64,000 nt of DNA. Source: Ignavibacteriota bacterium (GTDB lineage: Bacteria > Bacteroidota > Ignavibacteria > UBA10030 > UBA6906). Shown one piece after another: positions 1 to 9,542 of this stretch. The notes beneath the pieces were generated by a model. It was not told where the DNA came from. It saw only the letters and a list, made by a program, of their open reading frames with translations, and did not search any database. The position numbers and the translations under genes are program-made. The stretch covers positions 15,459 to 79,458 of the forward strand of contig PMJR01000078.1 of the NCBI GenBank assembly GCA_003158475.1, read 5' to 3'. Numbering within the stretch: the stretch's first letter is position 1; each line of letters begins with the position of its first letter.

Positions 1-1005
1 CAGCGCAAAAAGACGCAGGATAGGAACCGCCTGGCGAAAGTCATCCCCTCCGTACAGGATCGCAATGATCTGGTCCGGACACACAAACAGGATTATGCAA
101 ATCGGCAGACCCACAAGAGAGAGCATTTTATTCAGCAACCTCCCCAGTATTGCCCAGCGTTCGTCCCCCTCCGCATGCAAACGGGCCAGGACCGGGATAA
201 TCGTGTTTATGGCGATATCCGGCACGATCAACGATAACCCGACGATCTTGAATGCCGCCTGGTAGATGCCCACGTCACGGTCTCCCCGCCAGAAAGAGAG
301 GAGAATCGTGTCGAGTACAAAAAAAAGGCTGCCAAACAGGAAATGGCCCCCGAAAACAGCCACCGACCGCCACGTCTCGCGCCATCGGTCGAATGTCAAA
401 CGCATGACACTACCACCGGCCAGCCTTGAGGCGATCCCCGATGACATGAATAAGCCCATCAGCCGGGTGACGACAAAAGCCAGGGCAATGAATTGAATGG
501 GGACATGCACGATGCCCAGGAGTATAAGCAATCCCAGGAGACCGCCATTGATCCAGAAGGATATCCGCGTCTCATGATGAAATTCCTCGAAGCCCTTGAA
601 AAAGGCGAAGAAGAAATTATTGAGCGAGGCCCCGAAGACATACACTGCGAAAATCTGTACAAGTGTCCGCGTTTGCCAGGAGAAATGCTGGACAAGCGAG
701 AGACCCAGCATTCCCAGCGCAGCCGCTCCCGCAAAGACGACTTTCTGGGAAAAATAGCGCCGGGCAATCTGCCTTGCCTGCGGCCGGTTCCGTGCAATCT
801 CCATCGCCACCAGCGTATCGAACCCGAAATCGGCCAGCAGAAGAAATACGGTCGACAGTGTGTGGGCAGTCGTGAATTGTCCGAACGCTTCAATCCCGTA
901 GAGGCGCGCGACTCCGACGAAAAGAAGAAAATTCGTCGACAGCCGGATGAGCTGCGAAAGGAATGCGAAGAAAGAGTTTCGCCAAACGCGTCGAACCCGA
1001 GCCAT
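1..1005 (-). CDS. Wzx-type polysaccharide flippase (MOP/Polysacc_synt family), C-terminus cut by window edge
   Basis: Not in the ORF track because it runs off base 1. Manual reverse translation from ATG (cat at 1003-1005) is stop-free to base 1: MARVRRVWRNSFFAFLSQLIRLSTNFLLFVGVARLYGIEAFGQFTTAHTLSTVFLLLADFGFDTLVAMEIARNRP...RDVGIYQAAFKIVGLSLIVPDIAINTIIPVLARL... Multi-helix hydrophobic pattern typical of Wzx flippases. The + strand ORFs listed here are antisense artefacts. Confidence 0.75.
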   Translation of the reverse strand, partial: MARVRRVWRNSFFAFLSQLIRLSTNFLLFVGVARLYGIEAFGQFTTAHTLSTVFLLLADFGFDTLVAMEIARNRPQARQIARRYFSQKVVFAGAAALGMLGLSLVQHFSWQTRTLVQIFAVYVFGASLNNFFFAFFKGFEEFHHETRISFWINGGLLGLLILLGIVHVPIQFIALAFVVTRLMGLFMSSGIASRLAGGSVMRLTFDRWRETWRSVAVFGGHFLFGSLFFVLDTILLSFWRGDRDVGIYQAAFKIVGLSLIVPDIAINTIIPVLARLHAEGDERWAILGRLLNKMLSLVGLPICIILFVCPDQIIAILYGGDDFRQAVPILRLFAL

Positions 1006-1144
1006 GGGACTTAGGAGTCCGTCCGAGTGATAATTCGTCTTGCGTGAACCTCGCGGGCCCTGGAGGAAGAGGCGAAAACGGGAGAGCCATCCGCGCTCGA
1101 CGCCAGGCGATTGTCGAACCGGTCTTTGGACAGAGAAGAGCAGA

Positions 1145-2425
1145 TCACAAGGATTTCCGCTGAATCCTGAGACCCAGCCAATCCCGGCGCATCGTGGAGA
1201 CAATTGCATCGAACCGGTCCGGATGGGACGCCCGCAGGCGAATGATCATCTCCCATACGAACACCAGGAAAAGCGCCGTCAGCGCCGAGAAAACGAGCGC
1301 AAGCAAGGCGTACAGGGAGATCTGTGGTTTTGCCTTGCGTTCGGCCGGTCCCGCCCGATCAAGGACGATCACGGACGGCGTCTGGCGATGTTCCTCCACC
1401 TTGGCCTGCTCGTAGACCGGGGTGAGGATCTGCAGAATCTTGTACTGGATTTCAACATCGCGGTACCGGCGGACGTATTCGCTCCCGAGATCCGGGACCT
1501 TGCTGAATGGGACCAGCACACTCATTCCGGAGCCCGTGTGTTCGGTGCCGGTCGTCATCTCATTCATTTTCTTGCGAATCTCCTGCACCTCGATCTCTGC
1601 GGCGATCACATCGGGGCTTTCCGAGGACTGGGTACGACGGAGAATGTTGGATTCCACCTCCTTGACAGTCAACCGCCCGTAAATTTCTCCCAGGGCCTTG
1701 ATGGACGCTTCGGTCTGCTCCGGCAATGCGATTATCCCGTACTTCTTTTGAAAGGCCCGGAGAGAATCCTCTGCGGCCGTGAGATCGCTGATGTTCTTCC
1801 GATATCGTTCTTCGATGAATTGGCGGTTCCCGCGGGCATTCTGGACCTGAAGTTCAGAATTGGTTTTGTTTAGCCGCTCGACGAAATAATTGGCCATATC
1901 CGCCGCCCGTTGCGGATCCTTGTCGTACACCGTGATCGTAAGGTATCCTTCCGGCTCGACGACGAACTCCACGTTTTCCAGGAGAGCCTTCATCGTCTTC
2001 TCTCCCGGATAGGACGTAATGTCGTAGACATGGACGAGGTCAAACCTGGTGATAACCTCCGTGAGAACCGTCCCGCTTTTGAGGATGGCGAGATACCGAT
2101 CCATCTCCGTGTTTCCCCCGAGTGCGCTGAGCGCCCGCGCGGGAGCAAGCGCTTTTGCCACTGAGGCGATCCCCTCCAGGCCGCCCAGAAGGTCGGCCTT
2201 TTCTGCGGGAAACACCGACGCGCCAGACTTATACCACCTGGGCAGGAAGAGCGTGATGATGGTGACGAGGGCGGTCACCCCCAGGACGAACCAGGAGATG
2301 AACCGCCGATACCTCGTGACGATGGCCAGGAAGTTGAGGACCGTCGCAGATGACGTATGCGATCCATCGGATTCAGGCACTTGACGAGTAGTCTCCCCGG
2401 GACGGGATGATTGTTGTTCTTGCAT
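1145..2425 (-). CDS. Polysaccharide co-polymerase / chain-length determinant (Wzz/PCP family, no kinase domain)
   Basis: ATG verified at 2423-2425. N-terminal TM (FISWFVLGVTALVTIITLFL) followed by PRWYKSGASV, a long coiled-coil-like periplasmic region and a second C-terminal TM (ISLYALLALVFSALTALFLVFVW). This is the PCP topology. No Walker ATPase domain. Confidence 0.8.
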   Translation of the reverse strand: MQEQQSSRPGETTRQVPESDGSHTSSATVLNFLAIVTRYRRFISWFVLGVTALVTIITLFLPRWYKSGASVFPAEKADLLGGLEGIASVAKALAPARALSALGGNTEMDRYLAILKSGTVLTEVITRFDLVHVYDITSYPGEKTMKALLENVEFVVEPEGYLTITVYDKDPQRAADMANYFVERLNKTNSELQVQNARGNRQFIEERYRKNISDLTAAEDSLRAFQKKYGIIALPEQTEASIKALGEIYGRLTVKEVESNILRRTQSSESPDVIAAEIEVQEIRKKMNEMTTGTEHTGSGMSVLVPFSKVPDLGSEYVRRYRDVEIQYKILQILTPVYEQAKVEEHRQTPSVIVLDRAGPAERKAKPQISLYALLALVFSALTALFLVFVWEMIIRLRASHPDRFDAIVSTMRRDWLGLRIQRKSL

Positions 2426-2493
2426 GGTAGTCTAAAGGAACAGATCTGGTGGTGGAATGCCACATGGCCCGAGTCTGCAAAGACCGGTGGCGG

Positions 2494-4185
2494 TTATTTC
2501 AGGTTGCGCACTACTAGGATGACTGTTGCGAGGGAGGCAACAATCCCCGCAAACTGAGTGAATGTTGTCAGGTAATAGGCAAAGGGATAATGGACTACTT
2601 TCGGAACGAAAACGCAGTCGCCATCCTCGATGGATGTTTCACCCGGGTCAAGCCAGGTACGCGTGGTTCCTTTGATGATCTTGACATCCCCCGACCGTGC
2701 TTCGTCGGCAAACCCTCCCGCCAGGTCGAGGTAATAGCCGACCCGCTTTCCCTCCACGTAGGGAATGTGACCTGGTTTTATGACCTGACCAAACACATAC
2801 ACCGTCCGGGTCAGATTCGGCACGACGATCCGGTCATAGTTCCGTAACGTCACATCCTGCGTTGAATCTCCCTCGACGAAGAGCCTGTGGAAATCGACCG
2901 AGACGACCTCTCCTTTCAGCCTCAATTCTGTTTCCATGAGGAAGTAGAGTGAATCAGAGGGGATGCTCGAACGTGCGGTGAGCAATCGTTCTTCCTCGAG
3001 CGCCTGCGGGATCTCTGCATCGACGACTTTGGAGCGGAACATGGTTGCCTGGCGAATGTTAGCCTCTCCGGTAAATCCACCGGCCTCCCGGATCACAGAG
3101 GAGAGCTTTGTTGTATTGCGCGTGATAGGGTATTTGCCGGGACGGGGCACCTCCCCCTCAATCGAGACGATGCTCCCGACTCGCTCGTCGTGCCCCCGGG
3201 GAACCAGAAGCCGGTCTCCGGGTTGCAGGGCGATGTTCGGCAATCGTCGCTCAGCAAGAGCCCGCAGGTTGACGGCGACGGAGTCCATCACCCGTCCGTC
3301 GAGGGATTGCCGCATGAGTGTTGCCGTTTCAGGTACGGCCAGCGGAGAAAGTCCGAGACCAAGTTGGACGAGGTCGGTAATGCTGTCGCCGGCGGCATAT
3401 TCAACACTGATGTTTTTCACCACCCCGCCGAAGACACCAATCCGGTTGTCAACGTCCTGGCGGCCGGGCACATAAACGTTATCGCCTTCTCTCAGATAGG
3501 GATTGTACGCGCCGTTTCCGGTGAGGGCGTATTTGACGAGGTCCACGCGCTGGGATGATCCATCCCGGTGTCGTACCACGATAAACCGTTGTGAGGCAAG
3601 CCGGCGAAGCTCCTGCTTGTCCTGGTCGTAGAATTTTCTGGTAAGCTGCGTCGAAGGAAGAGTGTTTGCCTGTTCTATCAGTGCACTGATGCGCTGCACA
3701 GAATATACATCCTGCATCCCTTCATTCATCACCTGTCCGGTGATCTCCACCGACACTTTGCGCGGGCTTACGAGAGTCAGGGTGATAGTGGCGCCCGGGT
3801 ACCGTTTGGCTCCGAGCGCAACAATTTTCTCCCTGACCTCCTTCAGTGTGAGGTCCTGGACAGCCACGGCGCCAACGCTCGGAATGAGCAGATACCCTTC
3901 GGGGGTGACTCTCAACTGGTGTTCCACGGGAGCGCTTGACCAGACATCGAGAACCAACCCGTCACCCGGGCCGACGTGGTATTCATCCGGATTCACGGGG
4001 CCGTCGGTCGGAATATCCTTGAAATCGAGCTGCGACTTTGTCGCCGCTTTCACGTCTGTCTTTCCAAACAGCAGTTCCGGAAGCTGCATATCCTGCTTCG
4101 TTTGCCCCACGAGCCGTGACGCGCCGCTCAGAAAAACCAAGCCGCTCAGCAACACATTGAGAGAGCGGTGACTAGGAAACTTCAT
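2494..4185 (-). CDS. Outer-membrane polysaccharide export protein (Wza/OPX family, Poly_export plus several SLBB repeats)
   Basis: Signal peptide MKFPSHRSLNVLLSGLVFLSGAS. Export motif YHVGPGDGLVLDVWS. Repeated SLBB-like segments ending GDNVYVP, GDRLLVP, GDCVFVP. C-terminal hydrophobic helix. ATG verified at 4183-4185. Confidence 0.85.
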   Translation of the reverse strand: MKFPSHRSLNVLLSGLVFLSGASRLVGQTKQDMQLPELLFGKTDVKAATKSQLDFKDIPTDGPVNPDEYHVGPGDGLVLDVWSSAPVEHQLRVTPEGYLLIPSVGAVAVQDLTLKEVREKIVALGAKRYPGATITLTLVSPRKVSVEITGQVMNEGMQDVYSVQRISALIEQANTLPSTQLTRKFYDQDKQELRRLASQRFIVVRHRDGSSQRVDLVKYALTGNGAYNPYLREGDNVYVPGRQDVDNRIGVFGGVVKNISVEYAAGDSITDLVQLGLGLSPLAVPETATLMRQSLDGRVMDSVAVNLRALAERRLPNIALQPGDRLLVPRGHDERVGSIVSIEGEVPRPGKYPITRNTTKLSSVIREAGGFTGEANIRQATMFRSKVVDAEIPQALEEERLLTARSSIPSDSLYFLMETELRLKGEVVSVDFHRLFVEGDSTQDVTLRNYDRIVVPNLTRTVYVFGQVIKPGHIPYVEGKRVGYYLDLAGGFADEARSGDVKIIKGTTRTWLDPGETSIEDGDCVFVPKVVHYPFAYYLTTFTQFAGIVASLATVILVVRNLK

Positions 4186-4350
4186 TGGGGAGCCTCGTCA
4201 TCCTGGCATTTACGATTCGTGACTGGATCATCCGTTTCTCTATTTGATCTGGTCGATCTGGCAAAAGGCAGTAAGCGTAGCAGGCGGGACTTCGATATTG
4301 GAAACCCGGCGGTAGCAAAGAGGTGAGCGGTTTCTCCTTAAGAGTTCTTT

Positions 4351-4379
4351 AAATTAACGCTTTTCGCCTGGAATGTCAA
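4351..4379 (-). promoter_or_regulatory. Candidate sigma70-type promoter for the wza-wzz-wzx unit
   Basis: Minus strand reads TTGACA (4379-4374), then a 17-nt spacer, then TAATTT (4356-4351). It lies 25 nt downstream of the prfA stop and about 165 nt upstream of the wza ATG. Confidence 0.35.
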
Positions 4380-4403
4380 TTTCTTCGCCCCGGGGGGCAT
4401 ACC

Positions 4404-5465
4404 TTACGCCTTCAGTTTTTCCGCCCTATCGGCGATCTTCAATGCCTCGAGAAGCTCATCCAGCTTCCCTTCAATGATTTCCGCGAGATTGTACAGCGTC
4501 AGGCCGATCCGGTGATCGGTGACCCGGTTCTGGGGGAAATTATAGGTCCTGATCTTGTCGCTCCTGTCGCCGCTCTTGACCATCATTTTCCGCTGTGCAG
4601 CCACATCCCCCACCTGCTGTTCCACCATCCTCTCATAGAGCCTGGCCCGGAGCATTTTCATCGCCCGCTCGCGGTTCTGGAACTGTGACCGTTCCTGGCG
4701 GCAGACAACAATGATGCCGCTCGGACGGTGCGTGATCCGGACGGCGGTCTCGACCTTGTTGACGTTCTGTCCACCCTTCCCTCCCGAACGGAACGTGTCC
4801 ATTTCCAGGTCCGCAGGGTTGATCTCCACCTCAACCGGTTCCACTTCAGGCAGGACCGCGACAGTCGCCGCGGAGGTGTGCACGCGACCCTGGGTCTCGG
4901 TCTCCGGAACCCTCTGGACGCGGTGAACGCCGCTCTCGAACTTCATGGTGCCGAAGACGTCCTCGCCGGAGAGCGCAAACGAGATCTCCTTTATCCCTCC
5001 TTTCCCCATGTCGTTGAGGTCCAGAACCTCCACCTTCCATCCCTGCTTTTCCGCAAACCTCGAGTACATCCGGTACAGGTCAGCACCGAACAGGGCCGCT
5101 TCCTCACCCCCGGTTCCCGCCCGGATCTCCAGGATCACGTCTCTGCTGTCATTGGGATCCCTGGGGATCAGGAGGGATTTCAGCTCCTCCTCGAGACGGG
5201 AGACTTTCCCTCTGGCTTCCTCAAGCTCTCCGTAGGCAAGCTGTTTCATCTCAGGATCGGACGACGTTTCTGTGATCTCCTTCACCCCTGCCAGGTTCTG
5301 CTTCTCTTTCCGGTACATGTTGTACACCCGGATGAGAGGCGCCAGATCGCTGTGCTCCTTGCTTAACTGGCGGGTTCTCTCCTGGTTTGACAGGACGGCG
5401 GGATCGCTGAGCAGGCTTGTCAGCTCATCGTAGCGTTCACGTACTTTTTCCAATCGGTCGAGCAT
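4404..5465 (-). CDS. prfA: Peptide chain release factor 1
   Basis: GGQ motif ([20 protein letters not shown]) and RF1-type recognition loop [26 protein letters not shown]. The track start at 5495 is a TTG. I prefer ATG at 5463-5465 ([15 protein letters not shown]), 4 nt after the upstream stop. Confidence 0.95.
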   Translation of the reverse strand: MLDRLEKVRERYDELTSLLSDPAVLSNQERTRQLSKEHSDLAPLIRVYNMYRKEKQNLAGVKEITETSSDPEMKQLAYGELEEARGKVSRLEEELKSLLIPRDPNDSRDVILEIRAGTGGEEAALFGADLYRMYSRFAEKQGWKVEVLDLNDMGKGGIKEISFALSGEDVFGTMKFESGVHRVQRVPETETQGRVHTSAATVAVLPEVEPVEVEINPADLEMDTFRSGGKGGQNVNKVETAVRITHRPSGIIVVCRQERSQFQNRERAMKMLRARLYERMVEQQVGDVAAQRKMMVKSGDRSDKIRTYNFPQNRVTDHRIGLTLYNLAEIIEGKLDELLEALKIADRAEKLKA

Positions 5466-5469
5466 GGCG

Positions 5470-6474
5470 TCAGCTGGCGGCGGCCTGGTGTGCAAATGGG
5501 ACGGGCACCGCGGCTTCCTCCCCCAGGGCCAACCGAAGAGCTTCCAGGGCTACCTCAAGCTCACTTTCGTCGGGTTCCCGTGTGGTAATTCTCTGCAGCC
5601 AGAGCCCCGGAGCGACGACAAGACGTCCGAGGAGGGCGTCGGATTTCCGTGCCGATATCTTAATGAATTCGTACGAGACTCCCCCCAGGATGGGGATCAG
5701 GGGGAGATGTGTCGCGATCCGGATCGGAAGCGACAAAGCCCCCAACCAGTACATCAGAAGCGTATCGAAGAGCCCGAAGAGGAGGATCGCCACAAGCATC
5801 ACGACAAGCAGGAAGCTCGTCCCGCACCTCGGATGGAACCGCGTATGCCTCGCAGCGGAATCAACCGACAGCTTCTCCCCCCGTTCAAACGTGAAGACCA
5901 CCTTGTGTTCCGCCCCGTGATACTCGAAAAGACGCCGGACATCTTTCATCATCGAGATCGCGAGGAGGTAGCCGAGGAACAGTGTGAGACGGATGGCACC
6001 GGCGATCAGGTTGAAGGCCAGGGGCTGCTGGTCGACGTGGAACCAGGCCGTTGTGATGACAAGCGGGGTCAGGAAGAATATGGCGGCACCCGCCAGAAGC
6101 GCGGCTGCGAGCGTCAGGCCGAGGCGCAGGGTATCACCGGGTCGGCTCTTCCCCGGGACGTTCCCGGTTCCGTTCCCGGGAGTCTCCTCCGACCCGAGGG
6201 CCGCCTCAGCGGAGAAGTTGAGCGCGCGGAGTCCGACGACCAGCATCTCGATCAGGCCGACGGCGCCACGGAGAACGGGAAGCCTGAAAAACTTCCTCTT
6301 CTCGGAGAGAGTGATGTACGGTTCTTTCCACACCGCAATGGACCCGTCCGGTCTCCGAACCGCCGTGGCGACCATTCCGGGGGCACGCATCATCACCCCT
6401 TCGATCACCGCCTGCCCCCCGACCATCATCGGGTTTTGCGCGTCGTATCTGTATTTCAACGGTTGAGAATCCAT
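5470..6474 (-). CDS. DUF1385 family membrane protein (YqhQ-like), commonly linked to prfA
   Basis: [20 protein letters not shown] motif and several TM helices. The track start at 6495 is a TTG. The first ATG is at 6472-6474 ([10 protein letters not shown]). Confidence 0.8.
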   Translation of the reverse strand: MDSQPLKYRYDAQNPMMVGGQAVIEGVMMRAPGMVATAVRRPDGSIAVWKEPYITLSEKRKFFRLPVLRGAVGLIEMLVVGLRALNFSAEAALGSEETPGNGTGNVPGKSRPGDTLRLGLTLAAALLAGAAIFFLTPLVITTAWFHVDQQPLAFNLIAGAIRLTLFLGYLLAISMMKDVRRLFEYHGAEHKVVFTFERGEKLSVDSAARHTRFHPRCGTSFLLVVMLVAILLFGLFDTLLMYWLGALSLPIRIATHLPLIPILGGVSYEFIKISARKSDALLGRLVVAPGLWLQRITTREPDESELEVALEALRLALGEEAAVPVPFAHQAAAS

Positions 6475-6578
6475 TCCATCCTGTAAAATATTCAAAGATA
6501 CAGATTTTTCCGGCGATATGCTACGGGGGCGCGCCTATGCCCCAGGGGAGAGATTGCCGGCCTGCCCCCCGGCACCCG

Positions 6579-8051
6579 TCAGCGAGAATCGGAACGGGAA
6601 CCGGTATGAATCAACCGCCGGAGGGCCTGAAGCTCCTCGGGGAGAAAGAACCCCGTCACATACAGCGTGACGCAGAAGAGGAGGAGGAGGAGGAATTTCC
6701 ATGCGATGTGATACGGCCCGGCGTCCACGAAACGGAAGAGCATGTATGTCACGCCGGCAACCGCGGCAATGTGCGCGATCCGTCCCCATTCATAGCGGAC
6801 AGGATAGAATTTCCGCACTTCGAGGTAGAGGACAAGCGCCATGACCGCGTAGGCAAGCAACGTCGCGACAGCCCCCCCCATCATCCCCATCGTCGGGATC
6901 AGGAGAAAATTGGCCCCGATGTTCACAACGGCGCCTGCCAGCGTGATAGCAGGCAGCCGCTGCGTCTTTTTCTCGATATAAATTCCGGCCACGAGATTGT
7001 TGTACACGCCCAGAAACATGTACGCGAGGAGCACCACCGGAACGATCGAAAGACCTCCCCAGTAATCGGGGTGGATGATATACCTGCCGAATATCCGGAT
7101 CATGATGACGTCGCCGATAAACATTGATACCGCGAGAAATATCGCCGTCATCGCCGCGACGGAGTACGTGAGCGCTCGCGCAAAGAGCTCTTTCGCACCG
7201 GGCTCTGCGGCGTGGGAAAGAAAGAACGGCCGCCAGGCGTAGTCGTACATTGACACGACGAGCATCATGAATATGCCCAGCCTGTAGTTCGCCTGGTACA
7301 CCCCCACCACCGCGAGATTCGTGAGAAGGAGCATGATCGGTCGGTCTATAACCTGAACAACGATCGAGGCGAGTCCCGCGGGGACGTAGGGAAGCCCGAA
7401 CTTCATAAGCGCCCTGTAGAGGGGAATCGAGAAATCACCCGTCAGCTGGCGCGCGATCGTCGGCACGAGCGCAACGAGGGTTACGGCGGAAGCGATAAGA
7501 CCGCTCAGGAATATCCCCTCCACCCCGGCGTGAAACACCAGCAGGAGAACAAGATTGCACCCCACGTTCACGGAGATGTTGAGCACTTTGAGAGATGCAA
7601 AGAGCAGAGGCTTCCGCTCCATCCGGAGCGAGGCGAACGGCACGATCGCGAGCGTGTCAAGCAGGAGGATTCCCGCGGTGTAAGGGACGATCTGCCCGTG
7701 TCCCGGCGGGATCGCCATCCATGAAGTGACTGAGGAAGAAAGCGCGACCATCACCCCTGACAAAAGAACCGAGGTCGCACACAGGGAAAAGAACGGTGTG
7801 CTGAAATTCTGCCGCGGCGTGCCAATCTCCCCTGTCGAGGAGTACTTAAAATACGCCGACTCCATCCCGTACACCCAGATCACATTGAGGAACGCGATGA
7901 TGGAATAGACATTGGCGACGATCCCGTATTCGCCGGGGCGGATGACGTTCGTGTAGAAGGGGACAAGGAGGAAGCTGAGGAAACGCCCGATGACGGTGCT
8001 GATCCCGTAGATCGCGGTGTCCGTCCCCAGGCGTCTGATCTGAGCGAGCAT
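6579..8051 (-). CDS. Oligosaccharide flippase family protein (Polysacc_synt / MOP superfamily)
   Basis: MLAQIRRLGTDTAIYGISTVIGRFLSFLLVPFYTN followed by about 12 or more hydrophobic helices. The track ORF (to 8177) overlaps nadC. ATG at 8049-8051 lies 15 nt downstream of the nadC stop and gives a typical flippase N-terminus. Confidence 0.8.
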   Translation of the reverse strand: MLAQIRRLGTDTAIYGISTVIGRFLSFLLVPFYTNVIRPGEYGIVANVYSIIAFLNVIWVYGMESAYFKYSSTGEIGTPRQNFSTPFFSLCATSVLLSGVMVALSSSVTSWMAIPPGHGQIVPYTAGILLLDTLAIVPFASLRMERKPLLFASLKVLNISVNVGCNLVLLLVFHAGVEGIFLSGLIASAVTLVALVPTIARQLTGDFSIPLYRALMKFGLPYVPAGLASIVVQVIDRPIMLLLTNLAVVGVYQANYRLGIFMMLVVSMYDYAWRPFFLSHAAEPGAKELFARALTYSVAAMTAIFLAVSMFIGDVIMIRIFGRYIIHPDYWGGLSIVPVVLLAYMFLGVYNNLVAGIYIEKKTQRLPAITLAGAVVNIGANFLLIPTMGMMGGAVATLLAYAVMALVLYLEVRKFYPVRYEWGRIAHIAAVAGVTYMLFRFVDAGPYHIAWKFLLLLLFCVTLYVTGFFLPEELQALRRLIHTGSRSDSR

Positions 8052-8065
8052 GGCTGTTCCCGGGA

Positions 8066-8950
8066 TCAGTGCGCGCGGCCGCGCGCTGTCTGAGAGAGCT
8101 CGAGAGAAATATCCAGCGCCTTCACCGAATGGGTGAGTGCGCCGATGGAGATGAAATCGACACCGGTCTCTGCACATGCCCTGACCGTGGCAAGAGTGAT
8201 GCCTCCCGACGCTTCCACCTCCACACGGCGGCCGATCCTCTCCACGGCTTTCTTCATGGCGGCGGGAGCGAAGTTATCGAGCATGATTCTTCCGACGCCC
8301 GTGCAGGAGAGCGCCTCATCGACTTCCGCCAGATTCCCGGTCTCCACTTCGATCCGGGCGTCGATCCGGTGCTCCGCCAGATAGGTCCTGCAGCGCGTCA
8401 CGGCGGCGGCGATTCCCCCCGCCGCGACGATGTGGTTGTCCTTGATCAGCACCATGTCGTCGAGGCCGAACCTGTGATTCTCGCCTCCGCCCAGGCGGAC
8501 CGCCATCTTGTCGAGTGCGCGGAGACCGGGTGCGGTCTTCCGCGTGTCGGTGATCTTCGCCCCTGTGCCTGCCACCGCACGGACGAACTCGCCCGTCAGC
8601 GTCGCTATGCCGCTCATGCGCTGAAGGAAGTTGAGCGCCGTTCGTTCCCCGCGGAGTATCCCTTTCGCGTTGCCGTCGATCCTTGCGAGCACCAGACCCG
8701 GCTTCACGGGACTCCCGTCCTCCACCAGGGGGTGAAGGGTGATGCTGTGGTCGCAGTAGCTGAAGACGATCGCCGCAACTTCAATGCCGGCGACGATCCC
8801 TTCCCCCTTGCAGAGGAACTCCGCCGCGCCGAGGTCGGTCTCTTCCAGGATCGCTTCTCCGGTGATGTCGCCGAGGCCGATATCCTCCATCAGCGCAAGC
8901 TCCACCATCCTGCTGATGCGGCTGTCGTTCAGAGAATCACTTGTGCTCAT
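8066..8950 (-). CDS. nadC: Nicotinate-nucleotide pyrophosphorylase (carboxylating) / quinolinate phosphoribosyltransferase
   Basis: Family motifs ALMEDIGLGDITGEAI, ERTALNFLQRMSGIAT, DTRKTAPGLR, LIKDNHI and C-terminal GALTHS. ATG verified at 8948-8950. Confidence 0.95.
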   Translation of the reverse strand: MSTSDSLNDSRISRMVELALMEDIGLGDITGEAILEETDLGAAEFLCKGEGIVAGIEVAAIVFSYCDHSITLHPLVEDGSPVKPGLVLARIDGNAKGILRGERTALNFLQRMSGIATLTGEFVRAVAGTGAKITDTRKTAPGLRALDKMAVRLGGGENHRFGLDDMVLIKDNHIVAAGGIAAAVTRCRTYLAEHRIDARIEVETGNLAEVDEALSCTGVGRIMLDNFAPAAMKKAVERIGRRVEVEASGGITLATVRACAETGVDFISIGALTHSVKALDISLELSQTARGRAH

Positions 8951-9098
8951 CGTTTGCCAGCATGATCGGAATGTCGTTCCGGACCTGGTAGACAGTCCCG
9001 CATTTCCTGCAGGTCAGAGTCTCTTCTTCCGGCTTGTAGGAGAGCTCCCCCTTGCACTTCGGGCAGCAGAGAATATCCAGCAGTTCCTTTCTGAGCAT
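8937..9098 (-). CDS. Trm112/UPF0434 family zinc-ribbon protein (53 aa)
   Basis: Below the ORF-track size cut-off and found by manual translation: MLRKELLDILCCPKCKGELSYKPEEETLTCRKCGTVYQVRNDIPIMLANDEHK. CPxC...CxxC plus the IPIML motif is the Trm112 signature. Its 3' end overlaps the nadC start by 14 nt. It starts 3 nt after the thioesterase stop. Confidence 0.7.
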   Translation of the reverse strand: MLRKELLDILCCPKCKGELSYKPEEETLTCRKCGTVYQVRNDIPIMLANDEHK

Positions 9099-9101
9099 GG
9101 C

Positions 9102-9527
9102 TCATCCTTTCGGGGCTTTTGCGATCGCCTTTTCGATGGCTTCCAAGAATTGTGCCGGAGCGCGGGTCGGCTTTCCGGTCTCTGCATTCACGAAACTGTG
9201 TATCGTGTACCCGTCCGCCAGCAGTTCTTTTTCCCCCTCCCTGTAGACTTCGTAGTCGAGGCGGACGCGGGCGACCGGAACATCGCGCAGAATGGTCACG
9301 ACCTGGAGGAGATCGTCATACCGGGCAGCCTTCTTGTACGTCGCGTGGGCTTCGATCACGGGGAGGAAGAGCCCCATCTCCTCCACGCGCGCGTACGGCA
9401 GTCCGACGCTCCTCAGAAGGTCCGAACGCCCCTCTTCAAAGTATTCGAAGAATTTTCCGTAGTACGCGTACTTCATCTGGTCGGTATCCGCGTATCTGAT
9501 CCGGATGCTGGATGTGTGCTTCACCAT
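9102..9527 (-). CDS. Acyl-CoA thioesterase, YbgC/4HBT hotdog family
   Basis: IRIRYADTDQMKYAYYGKFFEYFEEGRSDLLRSVGLPY...LPVIEAHATYKKAARYDD matches the YbgC-type hotdog thioesterase pattern (catalytic Asp in the DTD segment). Confidence 0.85.
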   Translation of the reverse strand: MVKHTSSIRIRYADTDQMKYAYYGKFFEYFEEGRSDLLRSVGLPYARVEEMGLFLPVIEAHATYKKAARYDDLLQVVTILRDVPVARVRLDYEVYREGEKELLADGYTIHSFVNAETGKPTRAPAQFLEAIEKAIAKAPKG

Positions 9528-9542
9528 TGCCTTTTCCTTTGC

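Noticed and set aside
319-326. A8 run (T8 on the coding strand) inside the truncated wzx gene.
   Set aside because: It is short and encodes part of ...SLFFV.... A single 8-mer gives no support for phase variation.
4308-4315. GGCGGTAG, identical to the 8-nt core of the enterobacterial ops/JUMPstart element, in the leader region upstream of wza.
   Set aside because: It is on the + strand, antisense to the only operon it could serve, and no + strand gene follows. RfaH-ops is a proteobacterial system. Most likely this is a chance 8-mer.
4387-4398. GCCCCGGGGGGC palindromic-looking run just after the prfA stop, considered as a terminator.
   Set aside because: The core CCCCGGGG has no loop, the arms are unequal (C4/G6), and no U-tract follows.
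4870-4950. The RF1 tripeptide anticodon motif reads PET rather than PAT or PVT.
   Set aside because: The motif is defined as PxT with a variable middle residue, and the rest of the loop and the GGQ motif are canonical. There is no basis for inferring altered stop-codon recognition.
6496-6578. GC-rich short inverted repeats (GGGGC-N8-GCCCC; GCCGG-N8-CCGGC) between the flippase stop and the DUF1385 start, considered as a terminator.
   Set aside because: The stems are only 5 bp with 8-nt loops, and there is no U-tract. That is too weak to call.
6872-6879. Multiple G8 runs on the coding strand (6872-6879, 11578-11585, 23204-23211, 41797-41804, 57400-57407).
   Set aside because: All encode Gly-Gly(-Gly) using GGG codons in unrelated genes, including housekeeping-type ones. 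They appear to be a codon-usage by-product. They lower the prior for the G9/G10 tracts, which are reported separately with that caveat.
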